A DNA stretch of 64,000 nt from Candidatus Gottesmanbacteria bacterium UBA6580 (GTDB lineage Bacteria; Patescibacteriota; Microgenomatia; UBA10105; UBA927). Every line of letters begins with the position of its first letter. Within the stretch, counting starts at the first letter, position 1. The translations under genes were made by a program, and so were the position numbers. Below the pieces are notes generated by a model. It did not search any database. It saw only the letters and a program-made list of their open reading frames with translations, and was not told the DNA's origin. Location: positions 107,185-171,184 of the forward strand of contig DJJA01000003.1 in assembly GCA_002433895.1 (NCBI GenBank), read 5' to 3'. Shown here one piece after another: positions 27,634-37,505 of this stretch.

Positions 27634-28790
27634 ACATACGGGATTATCAATCGGTGGCAAAACGGCGCGAGGCGGTGGCAAAAGAGCTATCCGTTCCGCT
27701 CGAACATATTGGTTCGTTTACGCTTGATGAAGTTGTTGCAAGCACGAAACATTGTGAAAACATGATAGGAATTGCCCAGGTGCCTATGGGGCTTGCCGGA
27801 CCGCTCACTCTTTTTACATCAGAGGGAACGCGCGTTACTCATTATGTGCCGCTTGCGACGACAGAAGCGGCGCTTGTGGCATCGGTAAGCCGTGGGTGCA
27901 AGGCGATTACCGCAAGCGGGGGAGCTACCGCAGATAGCCATAGAGTGGGAGCAACCCGCGGACCGGTTTTTAAGGTAAGGAATGTAGCAGAAAACAAAAA
28001 ATTACACGATTATTTGGAGCACAATATGCCGCGCCTCAAACAGGTGGCGGAAAAAACATCCGGTCACCTCACCCTCACAGGGGTGAGTTCCGAAGGGGTG
28101 GGACGTTACCGGTACGTGCGGTTTGTTTACGACACACAGGATGCGATGGGGTTAAATATGGTAACTATTGCGACCGACGCCGCTTCAAAGCTCATCGAAG
28201 AGGAAACCGGGGCCGAGTGTGTTGCGCTTTCAGGCAACTTTTGTGTAGACAAGAAACCGTCCTGGAAAAATTTTGTTGAGAACCGGGGCATTAAAGTATG
28301 GGCTGAAGTAGTGCTTACCGAATCCGTGCTCCGTGATGTGCTCAAGACTGACGCCAAACGCGTATATGAAACATGGCTTGCAAAGTGTATGTTGGGAAGC
28401 GCGATGAGCGGATCAATGGGGTTTAATGCACAATACGCTAATATTATAGCCGCTCTTTTTATTGCGACCGGTCAAGATCCCGCGCATACCGTCGAGGGAA
28501 GCGTGGGTATTACCACCGCAGAGGTGATAAACGGTGCCGACCTTTACGTGAGCATATACCTGCCGGATCTTATGGTTGGCACTATTGGTGGAGGCACTGG
28601 ATTAGCAACGCAGAAAGAGGCATTAGGAATTTTGGGGGTTACCGGGGGGACAGGTGGCGAACATGCGACCCGGTTTGCTGAAATTATCGGCGCCACGGTA
28701 CTCGCGGGAGAAATATCATTATTGAGTTCTTTGGAGCAGGGCACATTGGCGCGTGCGCACAGTAAGCTTGCGCGAGGAAAAATTATATGA
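27630..28790 (+). CDS. hmgA: hydroxymethylglutaryl-CoA reductase (class I-like)
   Basis: DAMGLNMVTIATD; catalytic region GTIGGGTGLATQKEALGILGV; ENRGIKVWAEV; about 386 aa soluble catalytic domain. Confidence 0.9.
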   Translation: MNIRDYQSVAKRREAVAKELSVPLEHIGSFTLDEVVASTKHCENMIGIAQVPMGLAGPLTLFTSEGTRVTHYVPLATTEAALVASVSRGCKAITASGGATADSHRVGATRGPVFKVRNVAENKKLHDYLEHNMPRLKQVAEKTSGHLTLTGVSSEGVGRYRYVRFVYDTQDAMGLNMVTIATDAASKLIEEETGAECVALSGNFCVDKKPSWKNFVENRGIKVWAEVVLTESVLRDVLKTDAKRVYETWLAKCMLGSAMSGSMGFNAQYANIIAALFIATGQDPAHTVEGSVGITTAEVINGADLYVSIYLPDLMVGTIGGGTGLATQKEALGILGVTGGTGGEHATRFAEIIGATVLAGEISLLSSLEQGTLARAHSKLARGKII

Positions 28791-29830
28791 TCGGTATCGT
28801 ATCCTATGGTTCATATATACCGCGTTGCCGTATTCCGATTGCGGATATCGCCCGCGCATGGAAAAAAGATGCTAAAGAAGTGGTCCATTCGTTGGGTCTT
28901 ACGGATAAATCAGTGCCCGCGTTTGATGAAGACGCCGCCACGATCGCAATCGAGTCAGCACTATCGTGTTTCGCGCCATTTCATGGCGATCCAACCGATA
29001 TCGACGTGTTATTTGTCGGGAGCGAGAGTCATCCGTACGCCGTTAATCCAACATCAACCATTGTCGGGGAGTTGTTAGGGTTGGGGAATGCCTATCTTGC
29101 CGCTGATTTGGAGTTTGCCTGTAAGGCGGGAACCGCTGCCATGCAGGCAATCGCCGGCTTAGTGGCTGCGGGGCACGCGAAATACGGACTGGCGATCGGC
29201 GCTGACACCGCACAGGGCAAGCCGCATGATTTTTTGGAGTATACGGCGGCAGCCGGAGGAGCTGCTTTTTTGTTGGGAAGTGACCATGTCGCCGCGCGTC
29301 TTTTGGCAGACACTTCCTATTCATCAGACACGCCTGATTTTTGGCGTAGGGATGGTATGCGCTATCCGTCACATGCAGGCAGATTTACGGGAGAGCCCGC
29401 GTATTACAGTCATGTTATGGGCGCCGCGTCACGATTATTTGAGATGACGGGCACAACCGCAGCCGATTACGATTACTGTATTTTTCATATGCCAAACGGC
29501 AAATTCCCGCGGGAGGTGGCAAAACGCCTGGGATTTTCCCGGGAGCAACTCGAGCCGTCACTGCTTGTTGATCATATTGGAAACGCTTATAGCGCAACGA
29601 CGATGTTGGCACTTTCCGCAGTGCTTGATATTGCCCGTGCTGGCCAAAAAATATTTATGGTTTCGTATGGCTCAGGGGCGGGGAGCGACGCGTTTGTATG
29701 GGAGACAACGAGTGAGCTAAATAAAATACAGCAAGTGAGGGAGAAAAAAACATTACGCGTCTCTGATGCCATTAGCAAAAAAACATACGTTGATTATATC
29801 CAGTTTTTAAAATTAACCCATAAATTATGA
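28787..29830 (+). CDS. hydroxymethylglutaryl-CoA synthase (archaeal-type)
   Basis: MIGIVSYGSYIPRCRIPIADIARAW N-terminus and Cys-containing thiolase-fold active-site region (EFACKAGTAAM); translationally coupled to the flanking genes. Confidence 0.85.
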   Translation: MIGIVSYGSYIPRCRIPIADIARAWKKDAKEVVHSLGLTDKSVPAFDEDAATIAIESALSCFAPFHGDPTDIDVLFVGSESHPYAVNPTSTIVGELLGLGNAYLAADLEFACKAGTAAMQAIAGLVAAGHAKYGLAIGADTAQGKPHDFLEYTAAAGGAAFLLGSDHVAARLLADTSYSSDTPDFWRRDGMRYPSHAGRFTGEPAYYSHVMGAASRLFEMTGTTAADYDYCIFHMPNGKFPREVAKRLGFSREQLEPSLLVDHIGNAYSATTMLALSAVLDIARAGQKIFMVSYGSGAGSDAFVWETTSELNKIQQVREKKTLRVSDAISKKTYVDYIQFLKLTHKL

Positions 29831-30966
29831 AAATTTTTGTAAACGGCGCCGCCACAACGCAGTTCGGTGAATTATGGGGCGTATCGCCCCGGTCACTGGC
29901 ACGCGGGTCTGTCTCGAGTGCGTTAAAAGATGCCCGTATTGAGAGCGCCCAGGTGGAGGCGTTGTTTGTGGGCAACATGCTTTCCGGAATGCTTGGTGGT
30001 CAGGAACATTTGGGAGCGTTTTTTGCCGAGGAACTCGGGTTACCGGTCCCGGCATTTAAAGTAGAAGGAGCTTGTGCATCAGGAGGGTTAGCACTTCATA
30101 ATGCGGTCAACAGTTTGCTTTCAGGCCAATACGCTACTGTGGTGGTATTGGGGATAGAAAAAATGACCGACCATAAACCGGAGGATGTAGCAACGGCGCT
30201 GATGGGAGCGGGGAGTGAGGAGGAGCGAAACGCCGGAGCGACGTTCCCGGGGCTATACGCCATTTTAGCCCGTATGCATATGAATGAATTTGGCACGACC
30301 GAGGAGCAGTTAGCAGCAGTCGCGGTCAAAAATCATTACCACGCAAGCTTAAATCCTAACGCCCAGTTTCATAATCTGCTTACCGTGGAGCAGGTAATGA
30401 GAAGCAGTAGGGTAGCAGATCCACTGAAGTTATTGGATTGCTCTCCAATTTCGGATGGCGCCGCCGCGGTGGTGTTGAGCACAAAAAACATAAAAGGCAG
30501 CGTTGAGGTTGCCGCGTCGGTGGTTGCGACCGACACCCTGGGGCTCGCGCAACGAGCTCACCTAACGCAGCTTACCGCAACGCAGCGCGCAGCAGAAAAA
30601 GCGTACCGCATTGCCGGTCTCACCGCAGGCCAGGTAAGTGTGGCAGAGGTGCATGATTGTTTTACGGTAGCTGAAGTGTTAGCGATGGAAGACTTAGGAT
30701 TTTTTCCGCGGGGGAAAGCGGCAGCGGCGATCGAAAAAGGGGAGACGAGGCTGGGAACGTCAGCGGGTATTGTGGTAAATCCGTCCGGAGGACTGAAGGG
30801 GTGCGGACATCCCGTGGGAGCCACCGGAGTAAAACAGGTTGTCGAGCTTGTGGATCAGCTGCGCGGATCCGCGGGGAAGCGGCAGGTAGAGAACGCGACC
30901 ATCGGACTTGCACATAATGTCGGAGGAAGCGGGGCAACCGCTGTTGTACATATTCTTAAAAAATAA
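29827..30966 (+). CDS. acetyl-CoA acetyltransferase (archaeal-type thiolase)
   Basis: Thiolase-like fold with VEGACASGGLALHNAVNSLLSG active-site Cys region and C-terminal GHPVGATG motif. Confidence 0.85.
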   Translation: MKIFVNGAATTQFGELWGVSPRSLARGSVSSALKDARIESAQVEALFVGNMLSGMLGGQEHLGAFFAEELGLPVPAFKVEGACASGGLALHNAVNSLLSGQYATVVVLGIEKMTDHKPEDVATALMGAGSEEERNAGATFPGLYAILARMHMNEFGTTEEQLAAVAVKNHYHASLNPNAQFHNLLTVEQVMRSSRVADPLKLLDCSPISDGAAAVVLSTKNIKGSVEVAASVVATDTLGLAQRAHLTQLTATQRAAEKAYRIAGLTAGQVSVAEVHDCFTVAEVLAMEDLGFFPRGKAAAAIEKGETRLGTSAGIVVNPSGGLKGCGHPVGATGVKQVVELVDQLRGSAGKRQVENATIGLAHNVGGSGATAVVHILKK

Positions 30967-30967
30967 T

Positions 30968-31270
30968 ATGCAATCACCGGTTAAAATTTGGCGGAACCAA
31001 AAAAATATCGCGAGCCTCGTGGGAAAAACGGGGAAGATATTGTCCTGGACAATTGTCCGTGTGCCGCCCGGGGATTTCACCGACCAGGCGCCGTATCCGG
31101 TGGTACTCGTCGAGTTGGAGAGCGGCAAACGGGTGACGTGTCAGCTGGTTGATTATGATGACGCCCATTTGACGTTTGGGCAGAGGGTGGTGACGATTAT
31201 CCGGCGCGTGACGCACCCTGATCCTGACGGCGTTATTCCCTACGGCATTAAAGCTAAACCATTGGTATGA
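30968..31270 (+). CDS. DUF35-family OB-fold protein (thiolase/HMGS complex partner), lacks Zn-ribbon
   Basis: 100-aa ORF starting 1 nt after the thiolase stop; ILSWTIVRVPP..YPVVLVELESGKRVTCQLVD resembles the OB-fold part of archaeal DUF35 scaffold proteins; no CxxC pairs are present. Confidence 0.6.
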   Translation: MQSPVKIWRNQKNIASLVGKTGKILSWTIVRVPPGDFTDQAPYPVVLVELESGKRVTCQLVDYDDAHLTFGQRVVTIIRRVTHPDPDGVIPYGIKAKPLV

Positions 31271-32217
31271 AAAAAGTAACCGTATCTGCTCCTGGCAAGC
31301 TTCATCTATCGGGCGAGCACGCCGTTGTGTATGGTAAACCGGCGTTAGTTGTTGCTACGTCGTTGCGGTTATACACCACATTAGAAACAGGAGCCGGTGC
31401 CACGTTGCTCCGTAAGATGCGCAAAAACGACCGGTATATCGAAGCCATATCGGCAGCGTTTGAAAAAAAATATGGAGCGTCAATTAAGGATGATGTGGGT
31501 ATCACGATTACTTCTTCAATCCCTATAGGAAGCGGCATGGGGTCATCGTCTGCGCTCGCGGTGTCTTTGTCGGGCGCGCTTTGTGTGTGGCATGGTATGC
31601 CGTGGAACCCTCAAGCCGTAAACGATATTGCGTACCAGGCAGAAAAGACAATATACAAAGGCAGTTCCGGAAGTGATCCTGCTGTCTCTACCCACGGCGG
31701 CATCCTATGGTATAGGAAAGAACTGGAGTTCTTGAAAACCCTGTGGCTGTTGCCCTTTAAAATTCCCAAAACATTTGCGCCGTTTGTGCTTATTAATACC
31801 GGAAGAAAAGAAAGCACGGGCGATTTAGTGGCGCACGTTGGTGAGGGAAAAAAGAGAGATGAGAAGAAATTTGCCGTCCTTTTGGACGCAGTGGAAAAGG
31901 TGACAAAACAAACCGCGCAATCAATTCACGATGAAGACGAGAAGGGTTTCCGCCGGTCAATTTCGGAAAATGAACAGTATCTCGAGGAAATGGGCATCGT
32001 GTCCGCACCTGTCCGGGCGTTTATCCGGGCGGTTGAGGAAGCAGGAGGGGTTGCAAAAATCAGCGGCGCCGGAGGGATACAAACAGGCTCCGGGGTGGTG
32101 GTCGCTATCCACGATACGGCACAGAAAATTATTGCTCTGGCAAAAAAGAGAAAATACGAGACATTCCAGGTGGTATTGGGCGGAGAGGGTGTAAAAATGG
32201 AGCAAGCAACAGCATGA
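31267..32217 (+). CDS. mevalonate kinase (GHMP kinase)
   Basis: N-terminal SAPGKLHLSGEHAVVYGKPALV and ATP-binding PIGSGMGSSSALAVS GHMP motif. Confidence 0.8.
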   Translation: MKKVTVSAPGKLHLSGEHAVVYGKPALVVATSLRLYTTLETGAGATLLRKMRKNDRYIEAISAAFEKKYGASIKDDVGITITSSIPIGSGMGSSSALAVSLSGALCVWHGMPWNPQAVNDIAYQAEKTIYKGSSGSDPAVSTHGGILWYRKELEFLKTLWLLPFKIPKTFAPFVLINTGRKESTGDLVAHVGEGKKRDEKKFAVLLDAVEKVTKQTAQSIHDEDEKGFRRSISENEQYLEEMGIVSAPVRAFIRAVEEAGGVAKISGAGGIQTGSGVVVAIHDTAQKIIALAKKRKYETFQVVLGGEGVKMEQATA

Positions 32218-33134
32218 AAAACGTAACCGTTACAGCGCCCGGCAAGCTGTTGTTGATGGGTGACCACGCAGTGGTATACGGCCGTCCATGCTTGGTCACC
32301 GCAGTAAGTGAGCGTATGAGCGTGTGTGTTGAGCAGTCTCCCGACGGGCAACTTCATTTTGACATGCCGGAACATGTGGATACCCGGTTTGTAAGCAGGG
32401 CGCTCGAGACGGCAAGAGCCCACTGGCGTTTACCCATTTCCGATATCACTATCCGTACGGCGAGCCAGTTTTCCGGCAATGTCGGTTTGGGTTCGTCCGC
32501 CGCCGTAACTGTGGGGATGATTGCCGCATTACGTGAGTATTTGGGGAAAAAAGACAGTCTTAAAACATTGTTCACGCTTTCTTACCGGACTATTTTGGAT
32601 GTTCAGGGAAAGGGATCGGGTTTTGATGCCGCAGCAGCGCTTTTTGGCGGAACGTTATATTTTGTGACCGCAGGAAAAACAATTGAACCATTGTCCGTCA
32701 ATAATATGCGGCTAATTGTCGGGTTTACCGGGGTCAAGGCAGATACCGTGACACTTGTGCGGGAGGTAGAAGAAAAAATGAAAGCGCAACCCGAGCGCGT
32801 TAATAGAATATACGACGCGATAGCAAAGCTTGTCGAAGAAGCGAAACCAAAGATGGTAGAAGGAGATTGGGAACGGGTGGGTAAACTTATGGATTTTAAT
32901 CAGGAATACTTGCGGGATCTGGGAGTAAGCTCTGAAAAACTAGAATCGCTGATCGCGGCTTCCAAAAAAGCGGGCGCATGGGGCGCGAAATTGTCAGGAG
33001 CGGGAGGCGGGGATTGCATGATTGCGCTTGTTTCTGACGATAAGCAGCCGGCAGTACAAGAAGCAATTACACAAGCTGGTGGACAAGTTATCCACATTTC
33101 ACCAAATGCGCAGGGAGCGAGGATTGAGCCATGA
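32214..33134 (+). CDS. second GHMP kinase (phosphomevalonate kinase candidate)
   Basis: TAPGKLLLMGDHAVVYGRPCLV and GLGSSAAVTVGMIAAL GHMP motif; located between mevalonate kinase and the decarboxylase. Confidence 0.6.
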   Translation: MKNVTVTAPGKLLLMGDHAVVYGRPCLVTAVSERMSVCVEQSPDGQLHFDMPEHVDTRFVSRALETARAHWRLPISDITIRTASQFSGNVGLGSSAAVTVGMIAALREYLGKKDSLKTLFTLSYRTILDVQGKGSGFDAAAALFGGTLYFVTAGKTIEPLSVNNMRLIVGFTGVKADTVTLVREVEEKMKAQPERVNRIYDAIAKLVEEAKPKMVEGDWERVGKLMDFNQEYLRDLGVSSEKLESLIAASKKAGAWGAKLSGAGGGDCMIALVSDDKQPAVQEAITQAGGQVIHISPNAQGARIEP

Positions 33135-34111
33135 AACAAACCGCCAAGGCACCGGCCAACATTGCGTTTATCAAATATTGGGGCAAATCTGATGCCGCTC
33201 TCCGGTTGCCGCTTAATGATTCCCTTTCCATGAATATGTCGGGAGCGTATACGGTTACCACCGTAGAGTTTTCCGTTGATTTTCATAAAGATGAGGTCGC
33301 GCTGCTCGGTGGGGAATTTTCGGACCACGAGGTGTTCCGCGTCATCGAAGGACTTAATAGGATCCGCGGGAGGGCAGGGGTAAAGCATTATGCGCGGGTG
33401 GTTACGAAAAACACCTTTCCCAAAGGTGCCGGATCTGCGGCCTCTGCTTCAGGATTTGCCGCGTTAACACTTGCGGGTTTTGCGTCGCTTGGATCACGCA
33501 TTCCGGAAAAAGAGCTCACGATATTTGCCAGGTTGGGAAGTGGGTCGGCATGCCGGAGTATACCGGACGGATTTGTCGTCTGGGAAAAGGGGAATGATAA
33601 CGAAACATCGTATGCACGCTCTCTTTTTCCATCAACGTATTGGGATATCCGTGATGTCCTTGTTATTGTGGATAAACGCATGAAAAAGGTGTCAACGACA
33701 GAGGGCATGGAAACGGTTACGACCAGCCCGCACCTTTCTTCGCGTCTTGCTGCGGTGCCACCACGTATGGCGGCTATACAACAGGCGATGAACGAGAAAA
33801 ATTTTGTCAGATTCGGAGAAATTACCGAGGAAGATTGCCTCGATATGCATCGGGTGATGCAGACACAGAATCCACCGCTTTTTTACTGGAATGAGGCGAC
33901 TGAACGCATCATGTCGGCGGTGAAGAGTTGGAGAAACGCGTCATTGCCCGTATACTTTACCATTGACGCGGGTCCCAACGTGCATTTGCTGTGCGAAGGG
34001 AAAGACGAAGCCCGGCTCCTTGAGATGATAAAGACGCTGCGGGGCGTTGAGGAGGTTATCTTGAATAAGCCGGCGGAAGGGGCGAAGATTATTAGCGAAC
34101 ACTTGTTTTAA
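33131..34111 (+). CDS. mvaD: diphosphomevalonate decarboxylase
   Basis: APANIAFIKYWGK N-terminus, GSGSACRS motif, GHMP fold. Confidence 0.85.
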   Translation: MKQTAKAPANIAFIKYWGKSDAALRLPLNDSLSMNMSGAYTVTTVEFSVDFHKDEVALLGGEFSDHEVFRVIEGLNRIRGRAGVKHYARVVTKNTFPKGAGSAASASGFAALTLAGFASLGSRIPEKELTIFARLGSGSACRSIPDGFVVWEKGNDNETSYARSLFPSTYWDIRDVLVIVDKRMKKVSTTEGMETVTTSPHLSSRLAAVPPRMAAIQQAMNEKNFVRFGEITEEDCLDMHRVMQTQNPPLFYWNEATERIMSAVKSWRNASLPVYFTIDAGPNVHLLCEGKDEARLLEMIKTLRGVEEVILNKPAEGAKIISEHLF

Positions 34112-34117
34112 CATGTT

Positions 34118-34801
34118 ATGAAATCAGGCAACATACCAGCGCATATCGCAATTATTATGGACGGTAACCGCAGGTGGGCACGTGAGCACAATTTGCAGGT
34201 GCTTGCAGGGCACCAGAAGGTTGCTGATGAGGTGTTGGAGCCGCTTGTCGAACATGCCGCGGCGAGAGGAGTGAAATACATTACTTTTTGGGCTTTTTCG
34301 ACTGAAAATTGGATGCGTGAGCCGAAGGAAGTAGAGGGGATTATGTCGATATTCCGTCACACTATCCGAAAACGCTGGCAGCGGTTGCACGAAAAAGGAG
34401 TCCGTGTTCGGGTGATCGGGGATATTTCTAAATTTGCGCCAGATATCAGGAAGGCGTTGGAAGATGTGATGCAGCAAACCGAACACAACACAAAAATTAC
34501 GGCAATATTCGCACTTAACTATGGCGGAAGGGATGAGTTGGTCCGCGCTGTCCGGCAATTTGCCGATTGTGGGCACGTGAGCGAACATGATATTTCTGAC
34601 GCGCTGGATACAAAGGGTATTCCCGATCCCGACCTTATCATCCGCACGAGCGGTGAGCAGCGGCTAAGCGGGTTTTTGCCTTGGCAGGGCGTATATAGCG
34701 AGCTATATTTTCCGTCGTGGCACATGCCGGACTTTACTCCGCAAAAGCTAGACAAAGCATTGGCAGAGTACGGCAAAAGGAAACGAAGATTCGGGAAGTG
34801 A
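34118..34801 (+). CDS. uppS: undecaprenyl diphosphate synthase (cis-prenyltransferase)
   Basis: HIAIIMDGNRRWA, ITFWAFSTENW, and C-terminal RTSGEQRLSGFLPWQ motifs. Confidence 0.9.
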   Translation: MKSGNIPAHIAIIMDGNRRWAREHNLQVLAGHQKVADEVLEPLVEHAAARGVKYITFWAFSTENWMREPKEVEGIMSIFRHTIRKRWQRLHEKGVRVRVIGDISKFAPDIRKALEDVMQQTEHNTKITAIFALNYGGRDELVRAVRQFADCGHVSEHDISDALDTKGIPDPDLIIRTSGEQRLSGFLPWQGVYSELYFPSWHMPDFTPQKLDKALAEYGKRKRRFGK

Positions 34802-34803
34802 TA

Positions 34804-35154
34804 TTACTGGAAGATTTGCCCGATGGAGGTTTCCCACCCCAAAACCACACCGAGGATCTGGACAATCCAAAATGCTCCAAAAATGAGGATAAATCCCACA
34901 ATGGAGTTGGTAAGCGTCATTCTGCCCTGTGCTAATTTTTTTGCATCTCCGGCACTCGTCATGATGGAAAATCCGCTGCTGATGATCATGAGAAGCAATC
35001 CTATTCCTGCTGCCGCAAAAATATAGGGGAGTGCCTGGCCGACGATGACGCCGATTGTGGCGTCGCCAAAATTAAAGTTAACCGGTCCTTCAATGGATAC
35101 ATTGGAGCCACCGTTTCCTTCGATATTAACTACTTGGGCAAGGAGTGTGCGCAT
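34804..35154 (-). CDS. T4SS pilin-like protein, paralog 7
   Basis: 116 aa; SGFSIMTSAGDAKKLAQGRMTLTNSIVGFILIFGAFWIV core shared with the 23.9-26.1 kb array. Confidence 0.55.
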   Translation of the reverse strand: MRTLLAQVVNIEGNGGSNVSIEGPVNFNFGDATIGVIVGQALPYIFAAAGIGLLLMIISSGFSIMTSAGDAKKLAQGRMTLTNSIVGFILIFGAFWIVQILGVVLGWETSIGQIFQ

Positions 35155-35156
35155 AG

Positions 35157-35630
35157 TTAGCCCCTGCTAAATCCTGGTAACTGTAATATATCGACTCCAA
35201 TAAGCCTGAGCAAGAATACGGAAAAAATGATAAGTAATAACCCCGAGATCGCTGCGGTCATGAGCTCCTTTGCTTCATGCAGTTTTTCCGGGTTTCCCGC
35301 GCTCGTAATGCGTTGAAAACCGGAAAATAGAATAAGCAGGAATGCGACACCTCCGCCCAGCCCTGTGCCGAGCCTGATAAATGATGCGATAAACGCGTTT
35401 GGGCTATCACCACCAAAACAACCAATTGCCGTCCACGCACCTCCGCCATCAAAACAGGATTTACATTCGCCGTTTTGTGTGGTCACCGACCGGCACGCCG
35501 CCTCTCCCAGGGACTGATCGACGACTGCTTCAGCATAGGCAACCCTCCCTGTACCGGAAAAAGCCGGGATTACGAGGAGAGATACCAGGCTCATAAAAAA
35601 TAAAAATAGCGATAGTACCGCCCGTTTCAT
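35157..35630 (-). CDS. pilin-like protein with signal peptide and Cys-rich N-terminal extension, paralog 8
   Basis: Start MKRAVLSLFLFFMSLVSLLVIPAFSG at 35630; 4 Cys in CRSVTTQNGECKSCFDGGGAWTAIGCFGG; C-terminal ILFSGFQRITSAGNPEKLHEAKELMTAAISGLLLIIFS pilin core. Confidence 0.5.
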   Translation of the reverse strand: MKRAVLSLFLFFMSLVSLLVIPAFSGTGRVAYAEAVVDQSLGEAACRSVTTQNGECKSCFDGGGAWTAIGCFGGDSPNAFIASFIRLGTGLGGGVAFLLILFSGFQRITSAGNPEKLHEAKELMTAAISGLLLIIFSVFLLRLIGVDILQLPGFSRG

Positions 35631-35712
35631 GCTTCTTAAGTGTAGCAAATTATGCGGTATAAGAAAAGACGAGGGGTAGAGTTTCATGGGTCTGGTACAA
35701 TGGAAAGACCTT

Positions 35713-37476
35713 ATGAAGTTTTCCCGTTTTTTCGTTGGTTTTCTGCTTGTGTTGATCACACTGTCCGTCCCTCTTGCCACGTATGCCCAAAGCTGCGACA
35801 CGTCTTGCGGAGATCCGGACGAGTGTTCGCGGAAAATTGCGAAATGTCAGGAAGAATGGAACGCCATGGAAAAGGCGAAAGCGCCGCATGTATCGGCGCT
35901 TAGTAAAATGGAGGCGGATATTCTCGCGTTCCAAAACCGGATAAAAGGTATAGAGGTGGATTTAGTGAAGAAAGCGTCGGCAATAGTTGAAGCAGAAAAA
36001 GAGCTGGCGTCAGTGCTCGCACTTGCCACGAGGCGTATCGCCGCACTCTACCGGAGAACACAAACGTATAACCCCCTGTTGCCATTTCTGACCTCAACCG
36101 ACGTGGGGGCGGTGCTTCGGGCGTTTACCTATCAGCACGTGGTGATTGATGAGGACAAAAAAAGTATTGCACAGACCGCGGTAGCCATCCGCGATCTAGA
36201 GGCCCGGAAGTCCAGCCTGGAAAAGGAGAGGAATACTCTGGGTTCTCTCAAAGAAGACTTGGACCGCCGCGCGATATCAGTCCGGAAATTAGTGGGCGAC
36301 GCCTCCGCTTACCAGACAAAGCTATCATCAGCTATTGCCGCACTGTCCGCTAAACAGCAATCATTTTTGGCGGCAAAACTTTCCGGTCTTAATCTGCCGT
36401 CCAGCTTAGGCGCCGGGCCGTTGTATTGTACGGACGACCGGAATTTAAACCCCGGATTTTCCCCGGCATTCGCATTTTTTACATATGGCATTCCGCACCG
36501 GGTTGGCATGAACCAGTATGGCGCGTTGGGGAGGGCAAACGATGGGCATGATTATGACAAAATATTGCGGGCATACTTTAACTTTGATGATTATCAGGAC
36601 AAAGGCAATATCACGATAAAAGTAAATAATGGCGGGGGAGTAAATCAGGGATCGGTGATCTGGTCGGGGAGCCTCGAGGAATATGTGAAAAGGATTTATG
36701 AAGTGCCTGCGAGCTGGCCAGCGGAAGCGCTGAAGGCGCAAGCAATAGCTGCCCGATCGTACGCGCTGTATTCTACTGACAATGGCAACAATTCAATATG
36801 TGCCACTCAAAGTTGCCAGGTATTTAAGACCGATCCCAAAGGCGGCGCGTGGGAACAGGCAGTAAATGACACGTCAGGAAAGGTGATGGTGCAGGGAGGC
36901 CAGGCAATTGCGGCATGGTTTTCGTCGACTGATGGAGGCTACACGTTCCAAAACAACGATGTGTGGGGAGGAAGCCACCGGTCGTGGACGAAGCGCACCC
37001 GCGACGTAAATGGGGACATTGCCAGCTTTTCGGATTTACAGAGCAAAGCATACGACCGCAGCTCCCCCTGTTTTTATGCGGCGCAGGGATACCGTAATGA
37101 ATACGGAAAAAGCGCGTGGCTCAAAAGCGAAGAGGTTGCTGATATCGCGAACGTAATTTTGCTGGCGCGTAAGGACAGCGGCACCAAGGAACATCTGTAT
37201 CAGCCGGACAAGCCTAATCCTGCGGGTACTGACACGTGGGATAGGGATAGGGTAAAGCAGGAGCTGAAGAACCGTGGAGGAACACCGTTTAGTTCTGTAT
37301 CGAGCGTGACCGTTTCAGGTGTTGATTGGGGGCTTGGGAGAACCACCGGTATCACCATAAGCGGAGACGCAGGAACGATGACATTTGAAGGCGTTGAATT
37401 TAAAGACTTTTTTAATCTTCGGGCGCCGGCAAACATCCAGATTGTCGGTCCATTGTTTAACATCGAGAAGAAGTAG
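35713..37476 (+). CDS. SpoIID/LytB-domain protein with N-terminal signal peptide and coiled-coil region
   Basis: AIAARSYALYSTDNGNNSICATQSCQVFK ... AWFSSTDGGYTFQNNDVWGG is the SpoIID/LytB amidase-enhancer signature; start MKFSRFFVGFLLVLITLSVPLATYAQS. Confidence 0.7.
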   Translation: MKFSRFFVGFLLVLITLSVPLATYAQSCDTSCGDPDECSRKIAKCQEEWNAMEKAKAPHVSALSKMEADILAFQNRIKGIEVDLVKKASAIVEAEKELASVLALATRRIAALYRRTQTYNPLLPFLTSTDVGAVLRAFTYQHVVIDEDKKSIAQTAVAIRDLEARKSSLEKERNTLGSLKEDLDRRAISVRKLVGDASAYQTKLSSAIAALSAKQQSFLAAKLSGLNLPSSLGAGPLYCTDDRNLNPGFSPAFAFFTYGIPHRVGMNQYGALGRANDGHDYDKILRAYFNFDDYQDKGNITIKVNNGGGVNQGSVIWSGSLEEYVKRIYEVPASWPAEALKAQAIAARSYALYSTDNGNNSICATQSCQVFKTDPKGGAWEQAVNDTSGKVMVQGGQAIAAWFSSTDGGYTFQNNDVWGGSHRSWTKRTRDVNGDIASFSDLQSKAYDRSSPCFYAAQGYRNEYGKSAWLKSEEVADIANVILLARKDSGTKEHLYQPDKPNPAGTDTWDRDRVKQELKNRGGTPFSSVSSVTVSGVDWGLGRTTGITISGDAGTMTFEGVEFKDFFNLRAPANIQIVGPLFNIEKK

Positions 37477-37505
37477 CGGCACATATCGTTCATGGTGTAC
37501 AATAC

